Assembly (NCBI GenBank): GCA_964402055.1
Contig: CAYOAV010000003.1
Coordinates: 5,900-69,899, forward strand
Direction: 5' to 3'
From: an uncultured Ruminococcus sp.
GTDB taxonomy: Bacteria > Bacillota > Clostridia > Oscillospirales > Ruminococcaceae
Length of the DNA stretch: 64,000 nt
This document shows, piece after piece, positions 10,378 to 20,185 of this stretch. Position 1 is the first letter of the stretch, and each line of letters opens with the position of its first letter. The notes under the pieces are model-generated. The model was not told the origin of the DNA. It saw only the letters and a list, made by a program, of their open reading frames with translations, and made no database searches. The position numbers and the translations under genes are program-made.

Positions 10378-12214
10378 AGCAAGGTCCTCCTATACATTTA
10401 CTTACGCCACAACCAGCACATTTTTCACGGCAATTCGGTGTAGTTACTCCATTATGTGCAGTTTTATTCTCACGGATAAGGAATTCCTTTGTAACATAAT
10501 AATCAAAGCTATCCCACGGAAAAAGCTCGTCAAATTCACGTCTGCGGCAGGCATAGAAATTCATATCAAGATTATTTTTTTCAAATGCTTCAACCCAGGC
10601 TTCATAATTATAATGCTCATCCCAGCTGTCGAATTTACAGCCGTTTTTCCATGCGTCATATATGACCTGGGATATACGTCTGTCGCCCCTTGCAAGCACT
10701 GCTTCAAGGACAGAAATTCGGTATTTGCTCCAGCTGACATTTATATTCCTTATACCCTTTGTTTCAGAAAGAAGGATATCCTGCTTATGCTTTATCTCCT
10801 CCTCTGTTGCCTGAGGTTCAAATTCAAAGGGTGTAAACGGCTTAGGCACAAAGGTAGCACAGCTGATAGAGATCTGAATATGCTTTCCTCTCGGACGGTT
10901 TGGATTCTGATAAAAAAGGTCGCATATTTTCTTAGCAAGCTCTGCAATACCTCTTATATCGTCATCAGTTTCAGTTGGCAAGCCAAGCATAAAATAAAGC
11001 TTAACAGCTGTATATCCTCCATCAAAGGCAAGCTTACAGGCACGGAATATCTCCTCCTCGGTGATATTCTTATTGATAACATCACGAAGCCTTTGCGTTC
11101 CCGCTTCGGGGGCAAAGGTCAGACCGCTCTTACGCACCTTTTGTATCTGATCCATAAGCTCCTTACTGAAACGGTCAATACGCATTGACGGAAGTGAGAG
11201 ATTTATACGTTCATCCTCTGTATAGTCTGAAAGCTTTACAAGCATATTTTCAATATCTGAATGATCGCTTGTACTCAATGATGAAAGCGATATTTCCTCA
11301 TAGCCTGTACTTTCGCAGAGATTTTTCGCTTCATCACAGATTACACCTGTTGATTTTTCTCGGAAAGGACGATATATATACCCTGCCTGACAAAATCTGC
11401 AGCCTCTTATACAGCCACGCAGAACCTCTACAATAGCTCTGTCATGCACGACCTCACAATATGGTACGACAAATTTTTCGGGATAATAAACTGTACTCAG
11501 ATCCTTGATTATACGCTTCTTTATAACAGGCGATGCACAAGCTATATTCGGTGTAAAGGAAGTTACCTTGCCGCCATCATCGTATGTTACATCATAAAAA
11601 GAAGGAACATAAACCCCTTCAAGCTTTGCGGCAGCTTCAAGAAACTCATTCTTTGAAGCATTTTTCTTTTTCATTTCAACATATAAGTCATAAACCGCAA
11701 GATTAATTTCCTCACCCTCGCCGAGAATAAACAAATCAAAAAATTCTGCTATCGGTTCAGGGTTACATACACACGGTCCGCCGCCTATAACAATAGGCGA
11801 AAGCGCTGTACGGTCTTTCGCCTTTACAGGTACTCCTGCAAGGTCGAGCATATTAAGAATATTGGTATAACACATTTCATACTGAATGGTGAAGCCGATG
11901 AAATCAAAATCCTTTATCGGTTCAAGGCTTTCCAAGCCATAAAGCGGAATATCATTTTCACGCATAAGCCTTTCAAAATCAACATCAGGTGCAAAAACTC
12001 GTTCGCACCAGAAATTTTCACGTTCATTTGTAAGCGAATAAAGTATCTTCATTCCGAGATGTGACATTCCGATCTCATATGTATCGGGAAAACAGAATGC
12101 AAACCTCATATCAATTTTGCTTTTATCCTTAACAACGCTGTTAAGCTCACCGCCAATATAACGTGACGGCGTTTTAACTTCAAGCAAAAGCTTTTCTATT
12201 TTTTCCTTTAACAT
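10370..12214 (-). CDS. TIGR03960-family B12-binding-domain radical SAM protein
   Basis: 614 aa. The radical SAM cluster motif CIRGCRFCQAG is preceded by a B12-binding-like N-terminal domain. Confidence 0.85.
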   Translation of the reverse strand: MLKEKIEKLLLEVKTPSRYIGGELNSVVKDKSKIDMRFAFCFPDTYEIGMSHLGMKILYSLTNERENFWCERVFAPDVDFERLMRENDIPLYGLESLEPIKDFDFIGFTIQYEMCYTNILNMLDLAGVPVKAKDRTALSPIVIGGGPCVCNPEPIAEFFDLFILGEGEEINLAVYDLYVEMKKKNASKNEFLEAAAKLEGVYVPSFYDVTYDDGGKVTSFTPNIACASPVIKKRIIKDLSTVYYPEKFVVPYCEVVHDRAIVEVLRGCIRGCRFCQAGYIYRPFREKSTGVICDEAKNLCESTGYEEISLSSLSTSDHSDIENMLVKLSDYTEDERINLSLPSMRIDRFSKELMDQIQKVRKSGLTFAPEAGTQRLRDVINKNITEEEIFRACKLAFDGGYTAVKLYFMLGLPTETDDDIRGIAELAKKICDLFYQNPNRPRGKHIQISISCATFVPKPFTPFEFEPQATEEEIKHKQDILLSETKGIRNINVSWSKYRISVLEAVLARGDRRISQVIYDAWKNGCKFDSWDEHYNYEAWVEAFEKNNLDMNFYACRRREFDELFPWDSFDYYVTKEFLIRENKTAHNGVTTPNCREKCAGCGVSKCIGGPCFD

Positions 12215-12222
12215 ATATCCTC

Positions 12223-12798
12223 CTAAACCGACACAGCCGTAAAAAGCAAAAACAACAGCGTCAGATATATTGTAAAATTTCTTGTTCCTGTCATAAAAAG
12301 AACGACCGCCGCCGCAGGAACAGTAACTATGCTCGCATAATTCAAAGCAGATTCCGCCTTAAGGGCAAATCTATAAGGCAGAAAACGGTAAAAAACAGCA
12401 GTCATAAGCTTGCCGCCGTCAAGAAAGCTTATTGGCAAAGCATTAAAAAGCCCGACTGCAAGATTTATAACTGCGAAATCGTAAGCTTTCATAAGAGTTG
12501 CCGTCACATACATAACGAAATTCACCAAACAACCCGAGGAAAGAACGGCAAGCTCCTTTGGAAAGCTGCATATATTATTCGGACGGACTATTTTTATTCC
12601 TGCACCATAGAAAACAAGCTTTTTTATGCTCATTCCCATAAGAAGCATAACTATCAAATGACCTGTTTCATGGAGAATACACGCATAAAGGCTGTAAAGG
12701 GCATAATCATTACAGCCGATGAGCATAAGTATCGAAACTGCCGCAAAAAAGCTAAAATCGAAGCATACCTTTACCCTGCCGATGCAAAACTCAATCAT
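12223..12798 (-). CDS. Polytopic membrane metalloprotease-like protein (HExxH; M50/site-2-protease-like)
   Basis: 191 aa with several hydrophobic segments and the motif LHETGHLIVM. Family assignment is tentative. Confidence 0.5.
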   Translation of the reverse strand: MIEFCIGRVKVCFDFSFFAAVSILMLIGCNDYALYSLYACILHETGHLIVMLLMGMSIKKLVFYGAGIKIVRPNNICSFPKELAVLSSGCLVNFVMYVTATLMKAYDFAVINLAVGLFNALPISFLDGGKLMTAVFYRFLPYRFALKAESALNYASIVTVPAAAVVLFMTGTRNFTIYLTLLFLLFTAVSV

Positions 12799-13054
12799 AG
12801 GAAACAGGCTTTGAATTTATGAAATCCAATATTTTTTCAACAAAGTCGTCAGACGTTTCTGAAAAACAAGCTTTCTCAAATCTTTCAGAAAGTGAAACGG
12901 AAATTTCAGGAAAAAACATATTTGACACAATAAATGCAATTGAAATAACAATACAGAGCATAGCCTGTACTGTAACGGTTTCATCTAACGTCCTGCGTTT
13001 TATGTCATTTTGCAAAACCTTATTTTCAGTTATTTCTGTTATATTTTCGTCCAT
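12791..13054 (-). CDS. Small membrane protein, function unknown
   Basis: ATG at 13054 with a GGGAGGGG SD and one TM segment (AMLCIVISIAFIVSNMFF). It overlaps the downstream gene by 8 nt. Confidence 0.4.
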   Translation of the reverse strand: MDENITEITENKVLQNDIKRRTLDETVTVQAMLCIVISIAFIVSNMFFPEISVSLSERFEKACFSETSDDFVEKILDFINSKPVSYD

Positions 13055-13126
13055 AATATCCCCTCCCGAACAGACAATAGCTTTCATAACAAGTCTATTA
13101 CGGAAGTTGGAAAAATATTCTATGAA

Positions 13127-14347
13127 TTACTTTTTCATTCTGATGATAGAGCCTGACGGATACTCCTTTTCACAAGGAATAACGAGCTTCATCATTGCAT
13201 GATTGGCATTTTCAACAAGCTCACCGTTTTCGTCATACATTTCACTAATAGTCATACTATCAAAATGACGATTCGGAGCAAGAATTTCAACCTCTGCTCC
13301 CTTTTCAAAACGGTTACGTTGGGTAGCATATATTACGCCGTCCTTACATTCGTCAACAATGGCGATAACATCATATTCACGGATATATCCGCTGTTTTCG
13401 TAATACTGGCAATCCTTAGGGTGTCCGTAAAAGAAGCCTGTACAGTATTTTCTATGGCTAACCTTGAACACCTCGTCACGAATCCAATCGGGAAGAACAT
13501 AATTATCGGGTGAAGCCTTAAAAATATCCATTGCCATACGGTAAGCGTTTGTCACAACCGAGGTATAATATGATGATTTTGCTCTACCCTCTATCTTAAA
13601 GCTCATAACTCCTGCTTTAGCCAAATCGTCTATATGGTCGATCATACACATATCCTTAGCATTAAGGATATACGAACCCTTTTCGTCCTCGAAAACAGGA
13701 TAGAACTCATTCGGTCGCTTTTCCTCCATAAGATGATATCCCCAGCGGCATGGCTGTGAACACTCTCCCCTGTTTGCATCACGGTTGGTAAGATATGCAG
13801 AAAGCAAGCATCTTCCCGAAAAAGACATACACATTGCACCATGCACAAAAACCTCAATATCAAGGTCATCGGGAGTTTTAGCACGAATTTCCGCAATTTC
13901 ATCGATAGAAAGCTCACGGGCAAGAACTACACGCTTTGCTCCCATATTATAAAGCTCATTTGCAGAAACATAGTTGACAATACCTGTCTGCGTAGACATA
14001 TGAATTCCCATATCGGGTGCAAATTTCTTTACGAGCGACATCAATCCAAGGTCGGCAACGATAACAGCGTCTATTCCACTTGCCACAGCCTGCTCCATAA
14101 AGCCCTCAAACTGCGGAATTTCATTATTTCTCGGCAAGGTATTACAGGTCAGATAGACCTTAACTCCCTTTGCGTGAGCTTCATCAACAGCGGCTTTCAT
14201 ACCATCGCCGTCAAAATTCTTCGGAGCGGCTCTCATACTGAAAGCCTGTCCACCTATATATATTGCGTCTGCACCGTAATCAAGTGCAGCCTTGAAACGT
14301 TCATAGTCACCTGCAGGTGCAAGAACCTCAAGCTTATTCAGATCCAT
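13127..14347 (-). CDS. U32-family protein (peptidase U32; TrhP/YrrO-like)
   Basis: LEVLAPAGDYERFKAALDYGADAIYIGG is a typical U32 N-terminus. A Cys-rich segment (CMSFSGRCLLS...CSQPCR) is present. It lies next to mltG as in the B. subtilis yrrL-yrrO region. The likely start is the ATG at 14347. Confidence 0.8.
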   Translation of the reverse strand: MDLNKLEVLAPAGDYERFKAALDYGADAIYIGGQAFSMRAAPKNFDGDGMKAAVDEAHAKGVKVYLTCNTLPRNNEIPQFEGFMEQAVASGIDAVIVADLGLMSLVKKFAPDMGIHMSTQTGIVNYVSANELYNMGAKRVVLARELSIDEIAEIRAKTPDDLDIEVFVHGAMCMSFSGRCLLSAYLTNRDANRGECSQPCRWGYHLMEEKRPNEFYPVFEDEKGSYILNAKDMCMIDHIDDLAKAGVMSFKIEGRAKSSYYTSVVTNAYRMAMDIFKASPDNYVLPDWIRDEVFKVSHRKYCTGFFYGHPKDCQYYENSGYIREYDVIAIVDECKDGVIYATQRNRFEKGAEVEILAPNRHFDSMTISEMYDENGELVENANHAMMKLVIPCEKEYPSGSIIRMKK

Positions 14348-14357
14348 TAGTAAAACC

Positions 14358-15653
14358 TCACTTAATTCCTGCAAGGACAAGGTTAGCTTCATGCTCATCA
14401 TTTGTCATTGCATAGTAAACCTCTCCTGTATCAACATTTGCACAGAAGAATTTATAATCCGTATCGGCAGGATACAAAACAGCTTGTATTGCATCCATAC
14501 CTGGATTGCAGATAGGTCCCGGAGGAAGTCCTGCACCCTCATAGGTATTATAAGCCTTTGACATTTCCTTTGACGGAACATCTATATTCGGCTCAATTAT
14601 TTCCTCAACATATTTTCTTGTTGGGTCAGACTGGAGCAATGGGAAATTATCAGGATCGGCAAGACGATTGCGGAAAACAGACGAAACACGCTTCATATCG
14701 TAAACCGAGCTTGCTTCAGCCTGAACCATTGAAGCCAGCGTAATAACCTCCTCAAGCTCCATGTCGAGATCTTCCATTCTTGCGAACAAATCGGAGGTCA
14801 TTTTTATTGAAAAATTACGATATATCTTTTTCACAACAATTTTAGGGTCTTCATCTTTATAAAATGTATAGGTATCAGGGAAAAGATAACCCTCCATTTT
14901 ATAGAATTTCAGCGAGCTAACCTTTACAAGCTTTTCAAAATCAAATCCGAAGCTTGCATTATTAAATTCGAGGATAAACTCATCAGCATTGCATACATCA
15001 TTTTCTTCAAGACGCTGTGCCGCATCATAGAGAGTTATTCCCTCAAAAAATACAACGTCAACCGATTCTCTTGTATCGACAGCACCCTGCTGAAGCTCGT
15101 ACACGATATTTTCATAGGACATATCACCCGAAAGGACGTGCGAACCTGCAACAAATGTACCGTCCGAGCCTTTCATACGGGAATAAAAGCGGAAGAAATA
15201 TGTACTTTCAATTATTCCCTCGTCATAAAGAATATCCGCAATATCAGCCGTTCCCGAATTCATTGGTATTTCAACAACGACCTCGACCGAGGATTTACCT
15301 ATTCCAACAAAATCCTTTGCAAATTTCAATGCAAATGACGCACAGAAAACGGCTATTGTTACAACTATAGCCGTCATAACAAGACCGAAAATTAACCTGC
15401 CGCCAACTCTTTTTTTACGCCTTTTTTTATGTTGAACAGGCTTCTCGGGAGGTTCTTCCTCGTCTTCATCCTCATCCTCGTACTTATCTGTAATTCCGTC
15501 CTCATTATCCTCAGAGGGAGCAGTTATAATTTCGTCATAAAGCTCTTCAGAAGCATTATCTTCAACAGGTATTTCCTCCTGCTTTTCTTCAATTATTTCG
15601 TTAACATTTTTTTCATCATTGATGATTTCCTCGGGAATATTCATTTCGTCCAT
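14358..15653 (-). CDS. mltG: Endolytic murein transglycosylase MltG (YceG-like) with an acidic N-terminal extension
   Basis: 431 aa. An acidic tail is followed by a TM segment (LIFGLVMTAIVVTIAVFCASF) and a YceG domain (ITLASMVQAEA...VFRNRL...LQSDPT). Confidence 0.85.
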   Translation of the reverse strand: MDEMNIPEEIINDEKNVNEIIEEKQEEIPVEDNASEELYDEIITAPSEDNEDGITDKYEDEDEDEEEPPEKPVQHKKRRKKRVGGRLIFGLVMTAIVVTIAVFCASFALKFAKDFVGIGKSSVEVVVEIPMNSGTADIADILYDEGIIESTYFFRFYSRMKGSDGTFVAGSHVLSGDMSYENIVYELQQGAVDTRESVDVVFFEGITLYDAAQRLEENDVCNADEFILEFNNASFGFDFEKLVKVSSLKFYKMEGYLFPDTYTFYKDEDPKIVVKKIYRNFSIKMTSDLFARMEDLDMELEEVITLASMVQAEASSVYDMKRVSSVFRNRLADPDNFPLLQSDPTRKYVEEIIEPNIDVPSKEMSKAYNTYEGAGLPPGPICNPGMDAIQAVLYPADTDYKFFCANVDTGEVYYAMTNDEHEANLVLAGIK

Positions 15654-16255
15654 ACCGAACCTCCTTTAAGCTTTTTCACATATTTTTCGGTAACTAGCAT
15701 ATCTGCAGCAATATCAAATTTTCCTCTGACAAGGCTTGTAACTGTACAGCAACAGTATTCTATTCCGATATTGTACAATCCTTTATGCGAGGAAAGAAAT
15801 CTGTCATAATACCCTTTTCCATAACCAAGGCGATATCCCTGCATATCATAAGCAAGAGCAGGAACAATACATATTGCATCACTAAAATCGGTCAGAAGCT
15901 CACAACGTTCGGGAACAGGTTCAAGCACACCGAACGAACCAGCTTCAAGCTGCTTGTCCGAGGTTATGATATAAAAATCCATATTGCGTGTACCTTCGAT
16001 ACATCTCGGAACGGCAACGACCTTACCGTCATTCACTGCCGTATGTATCAACTTCATTGTATCGACCTCAATTTCAGTAGAAACATAAGTCAGAATACAT
16101 TTGCAATTTTTATACGCTTCTGTCGAAGTAAGCTTACGGAAAATCATATCATCAAGCTTTTCTTTATGCTCCTGCGTCATATCCCTGCGAAGCTGCTTGA
16201 ACTTTGCTCTAAGCTCTTTTTTATATTCCCTTATATCAAAACGGCTTACCTGCAT
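15641..16255 (-). CDS. 5-formyltetrahydrofolate cyclo-ligase
   Basis: 204 aa with the C-terminal GYGKGYYDRFL motif and typical family length. Confidence 0.8.
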   Translation of the reverse strand: MQVSRFDIREYKKELRAKFKQLRRDMTQEHKEKLDDMIFRKLTSTEAYKNCKCILTYVSTEIEVDTMKLIHTAVNDGKVVAVPRCIEGTRNMDFYIITSDKQLEAGSFGVLEPVPERCELLTDFSDAICIVPALAYDMQGYRLGYGKGYYDRFLSSHKGLYNIGIEYCCCTVTSLVRGKFDIAADMLVTEKYVKKLKGGSVWTK

Positions 16256-16788
16256 AAAAGATCTCCGCTGATTTTGTCAGATACATTTTTTCCATTAAGA
16301 ATTTCTGCAAGCTTCAAAGCAAGCTCCATTGCCGTTGCAGGACCTCTTGAGGTTACAACATTTCCATCAACAGTAACAGCGTCATATGTTATTTCAGCAC
16401 CATGAAGTTCCTTTTCAAATCCGGGATAACAGCAAGCCTTTTTACCATTCAGCACTCCATTATGTCCAAGAACTGATGGAGAAGCACACATTGCTGAAAT
16501 GTAAAGGTTTTTATCTTGACAGTACGAAATTGCCCTTGTAACATTTTCCGATGAATCAAGGTTCAACATTCCTGGCATACCGCCCGGGAGATAAATCATT
16601 TCAAGCTTATCATCAAGCACAAGTGAGCTATCATCAATATCCGCACAGAATGTGATACCATGAGCACCCTTGATATTTTTCTCTCCAATACCAACAGAAA
16701 CGACCTCCGAGCCGCTTCTTCTAAGAATATCCATAACTGTTACAGCCTCGATTTCCTCAAAGCCGTTTGCAAGAAAAACATAAACCAT
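16246..16788 (-). CDS. DJ-1/PfpI (ThiJ) family protein
   Basis: The nucleophile-elbow Cys context is ISAMCASPSVL. The likely start is the ATG at 16788 (MVYVFLANGFEEIE). Confidence 0.85.
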   Translation of the reverse strand: MVYVFLANGFEEIEAVTVMDILRRSGSEVVSVGIGEKNIKGAHGITFCADIDDSSLVLDDKLEMIYLPGGMPGMLNLDSSENVTRAISYCQDKNLYISAMCASPSVLGHNGVLNGKKACCYPGFEKELHGAEITYDAVTVDGNVVTSRGPATAMELALKLAEILNGKNVSDKISGDLLCR

Positions 16789-16799
16789 AATAAAACTCC

Positions 16800-17681
16800 T
16801 CATTTAAAAATTATAGTATTTTTTTTGATCTGAAATTCAGGGCAATATGACCTCTTCGATTTCCGCAAACCATCAAGTCCAAGATCCTCTTCCCTGTTTA
16901 TATAGATAAAATCCCGTGCCTCCGCTTTTGCAAATTCATTCATTACAGCAGTATAAGCACCATTAATACCAGGCAGAGCTTTTTCAATATGAATATCAAT
17001 TGTATCAGAATTTGTACGGCTGCCAACTGTAAAGCCAACAACCTTTCCATCAATTCTTACAACTCCACCTTTTAAACCAAGCTCTGCAAAATAGTTAAAA
17101 AAGGTATTTATTGCATACTGTTCTCCGACAGCGGATTCATCATCATACATATCGTTATAGTTATAGCTTTCAACAGCAAAAAGAATGCATTCATCATAAT
17201 CCTTTTCAGTCAGTGAAGAATAGCTCCAGCTATTTTCATAAAATCTGTTAAGGTGATTACGTTTACCGTGGAGCTTTTTACCTGACAAGGTTATGAGCTT
17301 TTCAGCAAGATAAACATAATCATAATCGGCCTCATCTGTTGTAACGTTAAATTCGCCAGCGAAATTCTCCTCAAAAAAACCAAGCTGTTCATCCGAAACA
17401 GATGTTACGCATAGCGGCGAGCCTTTTTCCTCCGAATATTTTTTTAATTCGTCAAAAAGCTCCTTTCTATCACCCTGACCGGCAGGGTAAGTGAAGTGCA
17501 GACCGTTTTTTTCTGATTTTGAGATATAAAAATCCTTAAACCGGCAAATTTCTGTTTCATAAAGCCTATGCCAAGCAAAATTATTTGCAAAGGAATATTC
17601 ACAGCCGCGAAAATCGGATATTCTCAACAGACTATCTATCCAAGGCTTATCGGCAAGTTCAATTTTTCTGAAATCAAGCAT
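16800..17681 (-). CDS. DUF2156-like (GNAT-fold) protein
   Basis: 293 aa. Its overall resemblance is to the DUF2156 / lysyl-PG-synthase C-terminal-like family. The assignment comes from sequence recognition only. Confidence 0.55.
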   Translation of the reverse strand: MLDFRKIELADKPWIDSLLRISDFRGCEYSFANNFAWHRLYETEICRFKDFYISKSEKNGLHFTYPAGQGDRKELFDELKKYSEEKGSPLCVTSVSDEQLGFFEENFAGEFNVTTDEADYDYVYLAEKLITLSGKKLHGKRNHLNRFYENSWSYSSLTEKDYDECILFAVESYNYNDMYDDESAVGEQYAINTFFNYFAELGLKGGVVRIDGKVVGFTVGSRTNSDTIDIHIEKALPGINGAYTAVMNEFAKAEARDFIYINREEDLGLDGLRKSKRSYCPEFQIKKNTIIFK

Positions 17682-17702
17682 TTATTACTCTTCTCCGTAT
17701 TC

Positions 17703-18374
17703 TCATTCTGCATTAACAGAACTGTATATAAGCTCGGAAAGTCCGCGTGAAATTTCCTCAACAGGCAGCGGTGAAGCCCCGTCACTGCATGGAACAACAT
17801 TCCAGCCGAGCTTTTCTGCGGCATAAAGTGCAGAACGTCGGCAAGCTTTAAGATATTCAACATTCGCTTCGTGAATGTCCTTTTTACTTTCATCACCCTT
17901 ATAACGTTCGCTCATAAGCCTTTGGGATATTTCTATCGGCATATCAAGGAAAATAACGCAGTCAGGTCTTGGAAGCCCAAGCTTAGAATATTCATAATCT
18001 TCAAGCCATTCAAGATAAGAATCCCATTCATTTTCAGGAAGCTTTGACATCTGATGAATAGCATTTGATGTGACATATCTTCCTGCAAGGATAATCTCAC
18101 CGTTTTTATAGCTTTCCTCCCAATATTTTTTATAGCTTATGTATCTGTCAGCCGCATAGAAGCTTGAAGCCGCATATGCGTTGATATCAGCCGCATTTTC
18201 CGATATTTCGCCCGAAAGATACATCTTTACAAGCGTTGAAGATGGCTTATCATAATCTGGAAAGCTGATAGCCTTTACAGCATAATCATGCGATAGTTTT
18301 TCTTTTATAATATCAAATTGTGTTGTTTTTCCGCTTCCGTCAAGTCCGTCTATAACAATAAGCATATTTTTCAT
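17703..18374 (-). CDS. tmk: Thymidylate kinase-like nucleotide kinase
   Basis: P-loop IDGLDGSGKTTQ. The likely start is the ATG at 18374 (MKNMLIVIDG). Confidence 0.7.
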   Translation of the reverse strand: MKNMLIVIDGLDGSGKTTQFDIIKEKLSHDYAVKAISFPDYDKPSSTLVKMYLSGEISENAADINAYAASSFYAADRYISYKKYWEESYKNGEIILAGRYVTSNAIHQMSKLPENEWDSYLEWLEDYEYSKLGLPRPDCVIFLDMPIEISQRLMSERYKGDESKKDIHEANVEYLKACRRSALYAAEKLGWNVVPCSDGASPLPVEEISRGLSELIYSSVNAE

Positions 18375-18479
18375 TAAAATCACCCTAAAAAAATTAATAC
18401 ATACAGTTATTATACCATTTTTTCTTGATATCGTCAAGGAATTACAAATTTTTTATAAGGTAGCTTTCCTGAGTTACAT

Positions 18480-19040
18480 TCATTCGCTGTAAACCTTATC
18501 AAAACCAGCAAAAACAGCTTTAATTTCCTGTGAAACACTGCTTAAGCTAAAAAAAATATAATTATCGCCATTATATTCATATAGATAGCAGGCTCTGTCA
18601 GTAAAATCTGCATTTACAAAATATCGTGCATAAACATATTCGGGAACGGAATTACCATAGGGGTATATTTCAAGTCTATGTTCATCACTTGAATCATCCT
18701 CGACATAGCTTTCAAAATTTTCAGCGAAATCCGAATAAGCTCCCACATTATATAGTATTTCCACAAAAAAAGTATTATTCTCCTTGATAAGTCTTAGCTG
18801 TTCGGGTTCAGAAAAATCCATTTCAATCTCATTATTGATAACAGCAAGCTGTTCAGCTGTAAGACTTGTTCCCTTTACATCAATAATATAATCACGAAAA
18901 AGCATATTTTTTCCAAATTGAAGGGCTGTATAAAGAATCGCAAAAAGAAGTATCGAAATAATAGTATAAATCACATAATTTTGTTTTGGTTCTTTATGAT
19001 ACGGCTCTTCAATGAGGTTATTTTGTTGAATTTCATTCAT
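18480..19040 (-). CDS. Hypothetical membrane-anchored protein
   Basis: 186 aa with one N-terminal TM segment (YVIYTIISILLFAILYTALQF). No family was recognised. Confidence 0.4.
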   Translation of the reverse strand: MNEIQQNNLIEEPYHKEPKQNYVIYTIISILLFAILYTALQFGKNMLFRDYIIDVKGTSLTAEQLAVINNEIEMDFSEPEQLRLIKENNTFFVEILYNVGAYSDFAENFESYVEDDSSDEHRLEIYPYGNSVPEYVYARYFVNADFTDRACYLYEYNGDNYIFFSLSSVSQEIKAVFAGFDKVYSE

Positions 19041-19173
19041 ATAGACTGCTCCTTTTTATGCAATATATTTAAAATATACCACTAAAAATAAAATTGGTCA
19101 AGTAGTAGTGCAATTTTTCTGAAAATATGTTATAATAAAGGTATCAATTCTGAAAGAGGAAAACCGTTACCAT

Positions 19174-20184
19174 ATGAACTACAAAGTAAACTGGAGCAAT
19201 TCTGAAGGAGCTTTTGCCGTTCCTGATAATACACTTGACAGTATAAAGCTCGCAAGTGGAAAAAATGTAAAGGTACTGCTCTACATAATGAAATATAAAA
19301 CAGCTTCTACCGAAGATGCCGCTGAAATTGCGTCATCGCTTGATAAAAATATGACAGCGGAGGACGTTGAGGATTCTTTATCCTTTTGGGAACAGATCGG
19401 TATTCTATGTCAAGCAAGTGCTTCAACTAAAATCCAATCAGAAAACAAGGTTGAAAACGAACCTAAACCTGTTGCAAAAACTCCGCTCTCCCCTGCAAGA
19501 GCTGTTGAAAGGGCGACTAAAATGCTTACCCCTGCTGAAATTGCCGAAAAAATTAAAAGCTCGCCTGATATTGCATTTTTATTTTCGAGTGCAGAATCAA
19601 TACTGGGCAAGCCTTTGACAAACACAGAACAGCGTTCGCTCATACATTGGGTTGAATATTACTCAATAGGCTGTGACATTATTCTTATGTTGATAGAATA
19701 TTGCAAATCCATTGACAAAGCAAGATTAGACTACATCCAAAAAATCATTCAGAGCTGGGCGGAAAAAGAGATCAACACTCATGAGCTTGCAGATGCTGAA
19801 ATCAAAAAAATGCAGAAAAATTATTCGCTTGAAGGAAAAATTAAAACACGCCTTGAGCTTAACCGTGCATTAACTCAAAAGGAGCTTGATATTGTCAATG
19901 AATGGTCAGCTAAGGGAGTTTCGCTTGAACTTATCGAGCTTGCTTATGAAAGAACCGTTCAGGCGACAGGCAAAGCCTCATTTCCGTATATGAATAAAAT
20001 CATTGAAAACTGGCTTAATGAGAATATACGAACACCTGCCGCCGTTGAAAAATATGAACAAAAGCGTGCTGCAAACGCTCCCATGCGTCAGAATGTTAAT
20101 GAAAATAACAATCATTCATATGACCTTGACAAGCTTCTTGAACACGCTAAAAACAATATTCCAAGCCTGAAGGGAGAGCAATAA
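19174..20184 (+). CDS. DnaD-domain replication protein (DnaB_2/DnaD-like helicase-loading partner)
   Basis: 336 aa. The central region LTNTEQRSLIHWVEYYSIGCDIILMLIEYC...IQSWAEKEINT is typical of DnaD/DnaB_2 C-terminal domains. It is followed at a 1-nt gap by a DnaC/DnaI-like ATPase. Confidence 0.75.
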   Translation: MNYKVNWSNSEGAFAVPDNTLDSIKLASGKNVKVLLYIMKYKTASTEDAAEIASSLDKNMTAEDVEDSLSFWEQIGILCQASASTKIQSENKVENEPKPVAKTPLSPARAVERATKMLTPAEIAEKIKSSPDIAFLFSSAESILGKPLTNTEQRSLIHWVEYYSIGCDIILMLIEYCKSIDKARLDYIQKIIQSWAEKEINTHELADAEIKKMQKNYSLEGKIKTRLELNRALTQKELDIVNEWSAKGVSLELIELAYERTVQATGKASFPYMNKIIENWLNENIRTPAAVEKYEQKRAANAPMRQNVNENNNHSYDLDKLLEHAKNNIPSLKGEQ

Positions 20185-20185
20185 T

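Noticed and set aside
10454-11188. Long ORFs antisense to well-supported genes. Examples are 10454-11188 (+, 244 aa), 38319-39029 (+, 236 aa), 15785-16405 (+, 206 aa), 45846-46418 (+, 190 aa), 47342-47881 (-, 179 aa) and 13841-14350 (+, 169 aa).
   Set aside because: Each lies entirely inside a gene with strong family motifs on the other strand (radical SAM, glyA, 5-FCL/DJ-1, murD, flippase, U32). Their translations are low-complexity, Ile/Phe/Lys/Cys-rich and lack SD sequences. They are typical shadow ORFs in AT-rich DNA.
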